DNA of 64,000 bases, from NCBI GenBank assembly GCA_030704615.1, contig CM060731.1, positions 23,250,001 through 23,314,000 of the forward strand, given 5' to 3'. The notes beneath the pieces were generated by a model. That model searched no databases and was not told where the DNA came from. It saw nothing but the letters and a program-made list of their open reading frames with translations. The position numbers and the translations under genes are program-made. This document shows, piece after piece, positions 25,779-37,600 of the stretch. Numbering within the stretch: position 1 is the stretch's first letter; each line of letters starts with the position of its first letter. Source of the stretch: Takakia lepidozioides. Its lineage: Eukaryota > Plantae > Bryophyta.

Positions 25779-26340
25779 TGTCGCGCACCTCACTTCGGTA
25801 AGCTCCCCTTCAAGTCATAGTTACTCGCTTTGATGCGCGCGCCTAACTCCCAAACTGGCCGCCGGGCCAACTCGGAGCTTCGGCTACTCACCGGGACATA
25901 ACGATCCCCCTTTGCTCCTCCACAACACCCTCGCTCACTTTGGGCCTAGTCGAAATTCCCTTTGGTTGTTGGCAGTCCAGAATTCACCTTGGTCGCTTTC
26001 CGGCTTGCACGCTTACTTACTAGTTTTTGGTCACCAACGGGCTTGCACCGTTCTCGGGGTTACTACCCCCTATATATACTTCTATGACTGTCCGCGGGGG
26101 TTTCACAAACAACCCAGTCATTTTATGGCGAACCACCACGAAGACCCTCGATTCCCGGTGATGAGTCGCGGTGAGCCTTGGCCCACCCACCACGGCCCCA
26201 TTGGACCGTGATGAGTCCCAAGAGAGTGCAGCTACGGCGTGAGCCTAGCAGCTCGGCTCACGTTTTGCCCTCTAAGCGTGAGCCCAGGGGTTTAGTGGAG
26301 GAAGAAGCAGGCCCCATACCCGAGTCCTCTGTTTAGAGAG
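25779..26340 (-). repeat. 5' LTR of the gypsy element (outer boundary uncertain)
   Basis: Adjoins the PBS, ends in CA, TATA-like TATATATAG at ~26070-26078 on the minus strand, GC-rich GGCTCAC motifs. Confidence 0.6.
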
Positions 26341-26379
26341 GGTCCTATTGTCGTGGAAGCAGTTATAGCGCTTAAAAAA

Positions 26380-27810
26380 AGAGGTATAGAAAAAATGGAA
26401 TGGTCATTGTGAAACTTACTGAGGTTTTCTTATTGAAGAAGAGGTGAAAAAAAAGGTTGGGTGAGTCATCATGAATCTTACTTAGGGATTCTTGCATGAA
26501 CAAGAAGCAAGAAAAGTTTGGATGCTCATTGTCAAGCTATCTGACGTTTCCAGTATTTCATCCATGGTGGATGGATGACGGATGGATGAAATATTGAAGG
26601 AGAGGTTTAAAATAATGAGGATGGGCAAGAACAGGCCCCAAAATATGACCACTCATTGTGAAACAGGCAATGGTTTTTATTAATGTAGATGAGGTGAAAA
26701 TTTAACAGATGACCATCTTCAAGCTTATTTAGGCTTTGTTTGTGAAGAAGATGTGTAACAAAATGAGCGGTTTATTGTGGAACTTGTTCAGGTTTGTGTT
26801 ATCGAAGATGAGGTGAAAAAAACACACATGGTCATTGTGATTGCTTATTTAGGGTGTCTTTGTGAAGAAGAGGTAAGAAAAAACATTGAGCTATCCTTGT
26901 GAAACTTGTTTAGGATTCTGTTATTGAAGAAGAGGCGAAAAAGAAATCAAATGGTCATCATGAATGCTTATATAGGGGTTGTTTGTGAAGAAGAGGTGAA
27001 AAAAAAAGTTAAGCTCTATCATTGTCAAACTTGTTCAGGTTTCTGTTATTGAAGAAGAGGTGAAAAAAGAAATCAGATGGTCATTATGAATGTTTATTTA
27101 GGGTTTGTTTGTGAAAAAGAGGTGAAAAAATTGAGCTCTCATTCTCAAACTTGTTAAGGTTTCTGTTATTGAAGAAGAGGTGAAAAAAATATTAGATGGT
27201 CATCATGAATGCTTATTTAGGGTTTGTTTGTGAAGAAGAGGTGAAAAAAAAGTTGAGCTCTATTATTGTCAAACTTCTTCAGGTTTCTGTTATTGAAGAA
27301 GAGGTGAAAAAAAAACTTGAGCTCTACCATTGTCAAACTTCTTCAGGTTTCTATTATTGAGGAAGAGGTGAAAAAAAACCAGATGGTCATCATGAATGCT
27401 TATTTAGGGTTTGTTTGTGAAGAAGAGGTGAAAAAAATTGAGCTCTATCATTGTCAATCTTGTTCAGGTTTCTGTTGATGAAAAAGAGGTGAAAAAAAAA
27501 TCAGATGGTCATCAAATTAGGGATTGTTTGTGAAGAAGAGGTGAAAAAAAAACTTAAGCTCTATCATTGTCAAACTTCTTTAGGTTTCTGTTATTGAAGA
27601 AGAGGTGAAAAAAAAATCATATGGTCATCATGAATGCTTATTTAGGGTTTGTTTGTATAGATGACGTGGAAAACAAATGAGCTGTCATTGTGAAACTTGT
27701 TCAGGTGCCTGTTATTCAAGAAGTGGAAAAAAAACAGATGATCATCATGAAGCTCATTTACGCAATGCTTCTGTAGAGGCCGTGAAAAAATAAAATGAGC
27801 TTTCATACTG
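26380..27810. repeat. ~61-bp satellite/minisatellite with alternating A/B monomers (~123-bp dimer)
   Basis: About 20 monomers anchored on GAAGAAGAGGTGAAAAA. Type A: gagctctatcattgtcaaacttgttcaggtttctgttatt; type B: atcagatggtcatcatgaatgcttatttagggtttgtttgt. The edges are more degenerate. Confidence 0.88.
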
Positions 27811-27853
27811 ACCCTTGTCCATGTTTGGCAGGCCCGCGAACAAAAAAAAGACC

Positions 27854-27914
27854 TTTTGTTTTTGTTTTTGTTTTTGTTTTTGTTTTGTTTTTTTTTGTTT
27901 TTTGTTTTTTTTTT
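27854..27914. repeat. (GTTTTT)n microsatellite
   Basis: Direct reading. Confidence 0.9.
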
Positions 27915-28390
27915 CGCCCGGGGCAATATTGGGGGTGGGGGCAGAAGTGGTGTGCGTTGACGCACTCAATTTTAGAGGCTCGTTAACCAAACCCGATGAA
28001 AAAATAAACTACCTTTCATAACGAGACATCGTCTGCTTGTCCAGATTTAAGAACTGTGTATACATGTTCAACCAACAAGACAACCCTTTCCGACATTGCG
28101 AAAAATCGCAACATATGCAACACTACTCGAAATTGCCGCAAAAGTGTCCGTACCTCACTAGGACCTAGTGTCGCCTGGTGAATGGATCTCAAGTTGGGGA
28201 GTCTATCTTTGCACAGATGTAGAGAGGTAAAGGAAATAGTAAATGTCCGACATGCCAACGGCCTGAAGACGATATCCGTTCTCTGATACAATGCCTGAGT
28301 AACATCAAAGTCACTCCAAACCACCTCAGATCCACCCAACGAGCTAACTTACAGACTTCAATATGCAAATTCAGGGCTTCCTCTGATGAG

Positions 28391-30670
28391 ATGGCAAAAT
28401 AGGCTGAAATAGGTCGAAGAAGAAGGTGCCCACATTGTCCTCGACCTTGTGTCATGACCCATGGAGGATTTGACGGACCATGAACCCAAGATGACCTCTT
28501 GTGTGTGCTGCTTGTGTCAGTAGTTAGGTAATGTCGGATTGGTCAGTGAGAACCACCACGGTGCAGCTGAGTGGGCAGAGATTGAAACACGGCCTGCTAA
28601 GACCAAGCTAACTCTCCCAAGGCATACATGTGCTGCATGGCAGTGCTCAGAATGATATCTAGTACAATTCCAGCTTTGACAATGTCACCTAGGAACTTTG
28701 CGCCTTCAGAGGTAGCATGCTCGCATTTGGCATACATGTCCGCCAGGGCAGTGCCTGGTACAATTCGCACTTTGCCTGGCAGCTCTAGAACTGGGTAAAG
28801 AGGTCCATGGTGACATCGTCAAAGCTGGAATTGTACCAGATGTGATTCTGAGCACTGCCCTCGTGGACATGTATGCCAAATGTGACCCTAACAGCCCTAG
28901 AAAAGAGAGCAGAGGCCATGGTGACATCGTCAAATTAGCTGGAACGTACCATATGTGATTCTGAACACAAGTTTAGGCAAGCGTGGCAGCCCTAGAAAAG
29001 GGAGTAGAGGTCCATGGTGACATTGTCAAAGCTGGAACTGTACACCAAATCTGATTTTGAACACTGCCTTGGTGACATGTATGCCAAATGTGAGTCTGAT
29101 AGCTGTGGAATGGACGGACACGTCCTCGGTGATATTGTCAAAGCTGAAATGTACCAGATGTCATTCTGAACTCTGCTCTGGTGGACATCTATGCCAAATG
29201 CGAGCCTGGTAGCCCTGGAAAATGGAGTAGATCCATGGTGTCAATGTCAAAGCTGGAATTGTACCAGATGTCATTTGAACCATGCCCAGGTGGACATGTA
29301 TGCCCAATGCGAGTCTGGCAGCTCTGGGAAAGGGCACAGAAGTCCATCATAGGTCCTACATGGGTAGATGGTCAACTGGAAGCTGCAGAAGCAGCGGCAC
29401 AATTGATAAAATCAGACACTGCTAATCAAGGTACATTGTTCAACACATTTCACCCTGTTTTTCGGCCCTAAATTTTCATGTTGAATTCTGCAAGTTAGCT
29501 TGAGTGGATCTTTGATAGATTGGAGTGACTTTGACATGATACTGCCAACGTGACACCTAGAAAGTATCCAGAAACAGGTAACAGAGACGAGGCGAAGCTC
29601 TGACCCCAGTCAATGGTGGGACAATCGAGGCAAAAAGGTGAATGCATGTTGGATTGCAGAGAGTAGCAGACGCAATTCAGCATAGGAACTAGTGTGATAA
29701 GCTGAGTTGGGTGTTTCCTAGAACAAATCTAGGTTGTCATTGTCAGATGCTAGCAGCAAGGCAAGGATGAATGCATGATTGTGCATAGGCATGGTTAGCT
29801 GAAGGAGCAGGGTAGAGTGACTGCTGCCAGGAATAAATAGTGTGGGGGTGAATTACTTGGTGGCATTGCATACGAGGATTTGTATCTATGGTGAGGTAGT
29901 GTTGGTGAGGAGGGCGTGTCGTGTCGTTTTGTGGCCAAGGGTTCAATGTGCAGTATGGTCGTCTATGAGAATCTGGTTGTTTAAGTTTCTGTCCAAATAT
30001 ATGTGGGTGGGTATTTGTAAGCTGATTGCTATGAGTTTGATTTTGGTGGTAGGCTGGAGCAAGGGTGGAATGCAAGGGTGAGCAAAACATCTGGTCTAGC
30101 CGCGTGACCTGTGGATTTTCACCAGGTTATGAGGGTAATTGTTTCATGTGAGGGTAATTGTTTATGCGTGTCATTATGCGTGTCAGATGGTGGGAGACGT
30201 AATTCAGCTATGGAAGAGTGTGGAGGAGGTGGAGGGACTATGGCGGTGCAGTCCGTTCCTTACTTCCCAGCAACAACAGCTGCTGTTGAAGGCCATTGAT
30301 TCAGGTATTTTTATGGTCCCCAGCCATTCAGCCACAGGAACTTAGGATGAGTCTTGGGGGTTCATTTTTACAATTTTGGGCTCATTTGCAGGTTACAACA
30401 GCCAATGGCTGAACGAGATGTGGTGTCGTGGAATGCGATGCTTGCAGGGTGTGCAGAGCAGGAGCGCGGGGATGGGGCAGACCTGAAAGGAAATGATGGG
30501 GAAAGGGGTGAAGGTACCTTCTTCAACATATTTCACCCTGTTTTCCCTGCTACTGTTTGCTTTGACAATTCTAGGCTGTCATTGTCAGCTGCTAACAGCA
30601 AGGCAAGGATGAATGCTTGATTTGTGCAGAGGCATGGATAGCTTAAGGAGTAGAGATAGAGTGTGGGTGA
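28391..30670 (+). pseudogene. Second PPR + PDF-motif gene relic, paralogous to the CACTA cargo; left part inverted
   Basis: 28391-28621 is the reverse-complement homolog of 17018-17252. ~105-bp PPR units at 28775-29330 (DVILSTALVDMYAKC...GKEVHGDIVKAG). 29360-29815 matches the 21.2-21.67 kb PDF unit. MAERDVVSWNAMLAGCA at ~30405. Confidence 0.75.
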
Positions 30671-31799
30671 CGCAGGGTGCTGGGCAGTGGGCAAGACGTC
30701 TTTGAATAAATGTGAGTGACCTTTATATCCTCCTGGCTCTCATTTTTAGTGCACGTTTCTTTGTGAAGTATCTGACTTCGCCAACACACACCAACCTGTT
30801 TGCTTTGGTTTGTTTATGAGTCCATGGGATAGAAGTTACCATAAACAACATTGGCATTGGTTTTTTCATATATGGTATTAGATAATTTTCTTAATTGTTT
30901 CCACCTTGGCAGGTTGCTCAGTGACCTTCCTTGGACGCTTTGGAGTATAGTGAGTGAGTGTCTCACAATGCAATGTTGGTTGGTGCATCTTATGCAAGAA
31001 CTTGGAAAACAAACAGATGTCCTTGCTGTAGTGATTCTTAAAGCCATGCAAGCCTTAGTTTTTGATGGGTTGCAGATTGATGGAATACATGAGTAGTTAG
31101 AAGATTCGGGTGAACACTTGTCAAAGTGTCATAGTTAGACAATATAATTCACATGAGAACATGTGACTATTTTATGTATTTTTAAATGATATTGATAAAT
31201 AGAAATGGTGTACAATCTCTTGGGTTTGCTCAGCTTGGCGCAGTTATGTCTTGTTGCCTTGTTCTGTTTGTATTATATATTATATTTCATTGTTGTAATA
31301 GACATGTATATGACTTCTATCATAGTCATAATAATGACTACATCTATTTTCACTTTCCAATGGTACTATACTAGTGGTGGAAATACAAATATGTAAAAAA
31401 AATAGCAATACACCCAAAAATTCACCCATCATAACACATGTCAATCTGCTGAGAGACCACATGTAAAAACTGCAACGCGCCACGTGTTGCAACCGGATTA
31501 GCACGCCCGTAGTCATAGTTCATAGTCATGGAGAACGAACACTCTGCCACGTGTCATTTTATGTATCGAGCATGTGTCACTCTGGCACAGCCGCTGACAT
31601 GGACTACACTTTCCGTTCAGTCATTCAGTAAAGCCAGCGTGTATGACTACCCCCACAGCTACTCGGACGCTACGTCACAGCCAGCCTGGAGAGTCATATC
31701 TGCCATGTCACAACTGACTAGGCTTTTACGTCTTCAGAGTCAGGAAGTCGTAAATGGCTTCCATAACTACATTTGCAGTCATAACACAGAGATGTAAAA

Positions 31800-32402
31800 G
31801 CCGCAATCTGTTGTAGTGACTCCAACTCCGACGTTCACAGGTTTGATTCGGCTATATATGTCAAAGGAGTTGAAGACGCACAAATTCTGGTTCTGCCCGG
31901 ACGATATGGCTCGCTGTGTGAATGGTTCCGTCTGTGACTCTTACATTGCTAAGCCTCCCCCACCTACCATTTGGCCAATGCGGCTGGGAACCTCCCTAAC
32001 AACACTGGAGATTGGCAAGTTGGAGGACGCCGATCTGTGGCGTCGACTCTTGGTGGCCTTGCTGCTATGGTGACTCCTCCAGACGATACTTCGCATCCCA
32101 CGAGAAGGAATGGCAAAACAGTGCATCGGGTGGCTTCGGGGCCTGATCACGATGCGAAGGTGGAATCGGCCAAACTACTTCAGGCTCGGGTAACAAGAAC
32201 TATGGAAGTACCTTCACTTGGGTATGGACGGGTTTATACTTTGGTCACATCTGGGTCTGTTTTGCGCGACAGGGCCTATCAGGTGACCGTGGGAAATTTT
32301 CCGGGGTGTACCTGTCCCGACTTCGTGTGCATGCATGAGGAAGCTCTAGGAAAGAGAGGGAAATGGGTTCCCTGCAAGCATCTTTACTACATCTTTTTGC
32401 TC
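31800..32402 (+). pseudogene. SWIM zinc-finger fragment (C-terminal region typical of Mutator-like transposases)
   Basis: YQVTVGNFPGCTCPDF-x16-CKHLYYIF = CxC-x19-CxH (32307-32381); upstream FWFCPDDMARCV segment lies in another frame. Confidence 0.7.
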
Positions 32403-32659
32403 AGTGTCAAGGGTAGAGGTAGGCCCTTCAGATCATCCTCAAGGTCCTCTATGTGCCCCTATAATCAGGTACGGGGAGAGGTGTACTTCAACCTGACCAC
32501 ATCACGTTGGTTTGTGGGGGCAAAGCATGTGCGAGCATGGCAGCGGGCTGGAAAAGGGCAAAGACTTCCATGGTGACATCAGGAAGAATACCAAATCATG
32601 GTACAGGGGTTGTAGGTAGAGGACAGGTCTCTGTGGAAGAGGATGCACCAGCAGCCTCT

Positions 32660-34470
32660 TTCCTACTGGATGTCAATGCATTCACCTTATTCCTAATATT
32701 GGGGGAGCTCAACACGGAGAAGTGATCCATCACTGCATCCAAAGACGCCCCCTCAAGTCGTGAGCTAGATTCGCTTTCTTGCCCAAGAATGTGCCTCTCT
32801 AGGAAACTTTTGCTGGCAGCCAGCGCTATGGCAGATGGTTTGGCTGAAGAGGACTTTGCAAACTCCTCCACGACAAGCCCACGCGCCAACTCCACACTAT
32901 CTCTGCAATCGCCGTGAGACACAGGATGGTCGTGAGTCCCAAAATGAATGTAGGCTCGAGTCATGGTTTTGCAACGGTGAGTAACGTAGTACATACGAGC
33001 AGGGCAATGTGCAATGCAGGAGGGGACCACCTTGCAGAACTTACAAACAAATGTACTGGCAGACGGTGGGGCACAGCCTGGGATTAAAGGATTGTCGGAG
33101 AGTCCTTCCCACTCACTCTCATTTTTAGCACCGCTCTTCATGAAACGCAGGCAACTTGCATTCACACATCTCAGATGCCCCACAAAAACGCTCATTCTGA
33201 ATGTCAAGTTTACATCGTTGTGGATATTGGACGTTTTGGTTCTGCACCATGGATGGCCGTCATGTTTTTTATCCATTCCTTGCAAGAGACCTGCGAGGCC
33301 CCCAGCACAAGTTGGTGGATTCAGTTCAAAGAGGATGTCACCGTCGAAGGAAGGTGGAAGAAAAGGAACCATTTTTGTTGCGAATGAATCCCATAGTATC
33401 CCTGCGATCTCGTTTTTGGATCCTGGTTTTCCTGACAATGCTTTCAGATGTGGGATGACGCTAACGATTTCTTGAACATCAACGTCCCCTTCAGGAAGAC
33501 TGTTCATGGGAGCCAGTATTTCCGCCAATTCATCATCCGAGGAATCTGACAGTGTCACAAGAGTTGTTGAAGTGGTGTCCTCCTGCTTCACAGTCACATG
33601 CCGCTTTCCTTGAACGACAGAGGCAGCTGTCCCAGGAGTCACAATGGAGCCACCGGATTGTCTCCTTTCACTTCGGAACACACGATATTTTCCAGGAAGA
33701 ACTCTCTATTCTTTGTGTTTCTGTGCAACGTGCGGTTTCTGGAACAACGTTCTTTGAACATTTCCCTCCAAGTCATAGATCTCTTTCTCGACAGAAACAC
33801 AACCAATGTCAAGCTTGAACCTTGCAGCCAGAACATGCTCCTCCACCACAGCAAAACCATCATCTTCAACCGCGGCACTGAAAGGGCAAGGTTCTTCAGT
33901 ATACTGAAACTCGGCGAAGGCCACATCATTAGGAGAAGCCATGTGGTGAACATACGATGGTGAGTACCAATACAACTGTGCGACATGGACAGGTAAAAAC
34001 CTTCCGGAGGCGATTGCCAAATCCCAAAAGTGTTTGCTAAGGCAAGAGGCAGTTGTACAACTGGCCCCACACATTAACCAATAACGGTCAAGGGTATTGA
34101 ACCACACCGCCAAAATAGTTGGGAAGTTGCCAAATTGATGGAGAATGGAACAAAATTGTTTATTTTGTCAGTGTCACACCACCGGGAAAAGACGGCGCCG
34201 TCTTGGATATGACAATCCAATTTGCATTTTGCGGCATTCCACAACGTGAACCCGGAAATGCATTGAGTGCCGAACCCGGGAAATATCCGATGCCGGATGA
34301 ACGCGGACATGGCGTTCCTGACGTTATGTATGTTTTCGTTTTGAAGAAGGCAAAATCCGTGTATGATAGGGCGATGGCATGCCTCATATGCGCAATATTT
34401 CATCCAAATCACAAAACATCCACATTTGAAGAAAACGGCCTTATTGATGGCATTAGGGGCGCCCAATAAA
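32660..34470 (-). pseudogene. GCM/WRKY-like DNA-binding domain gene, probable N-terminal half of a Mutator-like transposase, truncated
   Basis: ORF 33681-32596 contains DGHPW..., GHLRCVNASC, CKFC...C...CPAR...YIHFGTHDHP, which resembles the GCM domain pattern (...C..C...GxHDHP). No DDE core follows. Upstream ORFs to ~34470 are on the same strand but unassigned. Confidence 0.6.
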
Positions 34471-34691
34471 TGGCAGCCAGTGAGATCGATCCATTTGGGG
34501 GGTTAGAAGGTAGCCACACATGTCCTTAACCACATGCATAACTGACGGCTTTAGAGGGTTCCTTACTTTCTCTATTGTTGTTAGTCAAGTAGGAGAGCTG
34601 CGGGAGTGAGAGAGAAGACATAGTAAGAAGACGTAGAAGGCAGTCCCTTTACTTCACGAGTGCAAGAGAGAGGAAAAACGCGCGAGTCAGA

Positions 34692-37600
34692 ATGAGAAAG
34701 TTGCGCAATTTGCAAAATGCTGATGAGCAGGTTGCACAGGATACGTCAACCCACGATTCACAACAGATCACAGAGGCGGTCCAGCCTGAAATGGAGGGAA
34801 GAAGAGAAGGGGAGGAGACTGCCCCGGAGACCATTGTGCATGACATGGACATCGACACCACCACCGTCGGTGAGAAAGAAGCGACACCAAAGGAAGCAGT
34901 GAGGACGCAGCAAGAAGAGGCATCGGGAAGTGGTGTCATGAAACCCAGGGTAATCCTTCTCCCAAAATGCATGAATCTTGCTTGACTATCGTACCAAGTG
35001 CATAGACAGGATACGAGAGATCCCCTGAAAATTGGGTGCGGCACCGCACTCAGTTTTGAGGGGAGCTCTATCACTTCTATTGTAGGCCGAGGTGAATAAG
35101 TAAGTCTTAGAGGCAGCAGGATCTGAAACGGAAGCCTGAGAGGGACACGGGGAAACTGAGTGCGGTGGCGCACTCATTTCAACTGGATGCTGGGCGATTG
35201 CTTGGGCATTAGGGAAAGAGGAAGGCGATGTTCACATTTTAGGTCCGAGAGACAGTGGAGTGGTCACCCTGAACTGAGTGCGCCACCGCACTCAATTTCT
35301 GAGCTCCATGGAATCATTGAGTTGTTATTGATTGAGGTGAACGGTATATAAAAAGTGCGTTTATTCCATAGTGAGATGTCTTATGAGTTCTGAGAATCAC
35401 ATTAAGTCTAACCTGGAAACTGAGTGCGTTGGCGCACACAGTTCAGAGGTGTGATCGACAATGTTTTTGGACAGACATGAAGACCCCAATGAACTCAAAA
35501 CAGAAGTAGGCAGACAGAATGGATGGCTCCCAGAACTGAGTGCGCCACCGTACTCAGTTTTGGATCACCATAGAATGGTCAGTTTGCTTATGAGAGAGGT
35601 GAAATGAAAGTTAGAAAGTGTGTTTCATTCAAAGTGAGATCTCTTTTGAGTTTTCAGATAGACAGAAACGATAACCTTGAAACTGAGTGCGGTGGCGCAC
35701 TCAGTTCTGAGGTGAGGTCGACCATCTTCGTGGATAGAGGTAAAGACCCTGGTGTGCTCGCAAGAGAAAGCAGGACAGAGTGGAGGGCTCCCAGAAATGA
35801 GTGTGCCACCGCACTCAGTTTTTTGTGCACCTGTAGATGGTTGATTTGATGATGTCTGTGATGAACTACAAAGTGAAAATGATTGTGGAAATTGGAAAGC
35901 ATTCTTTTTTAGTTATGGGGCAAACATCAGAACACCCTGGAAACTGAGTGTGGTGGCGCTCTTAGTTTTAACAGTGGACTCGTAGATATTTGAAGACAGT
36001 ATGTAAGTCGAAGTTGATTTGGAATCCGGTTTTTAACTGAATATATATTTGTACAGTTTTGAGTGTGGTGGCGCACTCAGTTTCTGCCTCTAGAATAATG
36101 CACACAATGTGGAAGAGGAAGTGACAAAGGAGCCATTGACTGAGTAGAGATGGAGTGCCTGCAATGAATATGATTTCATAGATGTCATGGAAGGTGTCCA
36201 AGAAATGAGTGCGCCACCGCACTCAATTCCGGTTGATAGGAAATGAGGGTTATGTGTGTAGTTTTGGAGAACTGATGTTTGTCTGTTCCGATCCTTTGTC
36301 ACTCTCGAAAGTGAGTGCGCCACCGCACTCAATTCTTGTAGGTGCCAGATCAGGAAAATGTAGCTGTGGAATGACGGAAAGGCTGTAATTGTGGGAGGTG
36401 CAGGGGAGGAAAGGAAAAGGATTGCAGCCGGAGAAGCAGCAGCAGCAGGAGGAGGCAGTGACTGAGAAGCCTGTTGAAGAAGACGATCATTTCTACGAGG
36501 AAAGAGTGGCAAAGATCCTAGTGAACCAATAGGTCAATTCCGCGCAGGTGATCAAGTCTATGCAGGTACCTGGAGGCAAGATTATGATCCCTCTCTGCCG
36601 CCTAATATCAATGCCAATCGTTCGACCTGCCCTGACCGGGGATGTGTCCAAGTTGGAGCAAGATTTTAGTCACGGATATATATAGGGGTCTCCAGTGTTT
36701 AACGTGTCATTGTGCGATGCCAGTGGACAGGAGGTCTTGGTGGACGAGTCAATTGTGAAAAGCTGGGATCCAATATGGCGAGAAGTAAACGAGGAGTTCG
36801 AAGCCCAGATTTCGAGGAGACTGTCCACACAGGTGTTCTCCGGGAAAATGTTTCATATTTGGGATGGCAATCACCGCTTCATGGCCTGGATGAACGTCAT
36901 AAACAAATATCACAGCACAGACAAGGACTGGCACTACCTTGTCGCGTCCATGGTGCTGGATCCGAAAGGAAACGTCACAGCACTTCTGACGGCTATGCAT
37001 GACATCAACAAGTAAGTATAATGCTCACCCTTCATGGCATCAGAATTCTCCGATTTGTTCTGTCTGTTTTGTATTTCCTGGTGAAGGAGGAAGTCATAGT
37101 TTGTGTGGGACTGCAGGGGAACCGAAAGTGCACACGTGACGACGAATTTGGTCCACACTCTATTCAGGATACAGAAAGTGGGCCAAATGCCACTGGTCAC
37201 CTCAAAAACCTTATCAGTGCTGAGGCTTACAAGAAGTGCGAGACCTCCAAATCCGCCAACACATGGTACAAGCTCACCAAGGAGGCTTTCTGTGACTACA
37301 TGTACGCTGTAAGTATTCCTTCCCTAGCTCTGTCTACTTGTTCATTCATAAAACCAGTTGACTAATAAGTTGTATACTGGAATGTTCAGCAAGAGAGATT
37401 GCGGAGGCTGGAGAGAAAGGGAAAGCAGAGTATTATGCCAAAAAAGACTCAAGGGAGCGATCCTCAAAAGGAGTGGAAGAACCTAAGAACAAGGAGATGG
37501 AGGTGGCGAAGAGGCACTACATGAGCGCGTTCGTGAAACAACTCAGAATAGCCGACCCTGCTTTTGGCCCAGAGTTCTTGAATCAGGTCAGGATCCACTG

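Noticed and set aside
28020-28380. Possible LINE C-terminal Zn-knuckle remnant (KCPTCQRPEDD...IQC)
   Set aside because: Too degenerate; the His is missing and there is no RT nearby.
31369-31400. TACTAGTGGTGGAAA as a CACTA terminus or Helitron CTAG 3' end for the 31-41 kb element
   Set aside because: The only candidate partner (ttccacctagtg, ~41698-41709) needs an indel and gives no TSD, and no Helitron-type hairpin is present. Boundaries were left unassigned.
35028-36336. CRISPR array interpretation of the palindrome array
   Set aside because: Intervals are 106-147 bp, spacers are homologous to each other, repeats flip orientation, there are no cas genes, and it lies in a spliceosomal intron.
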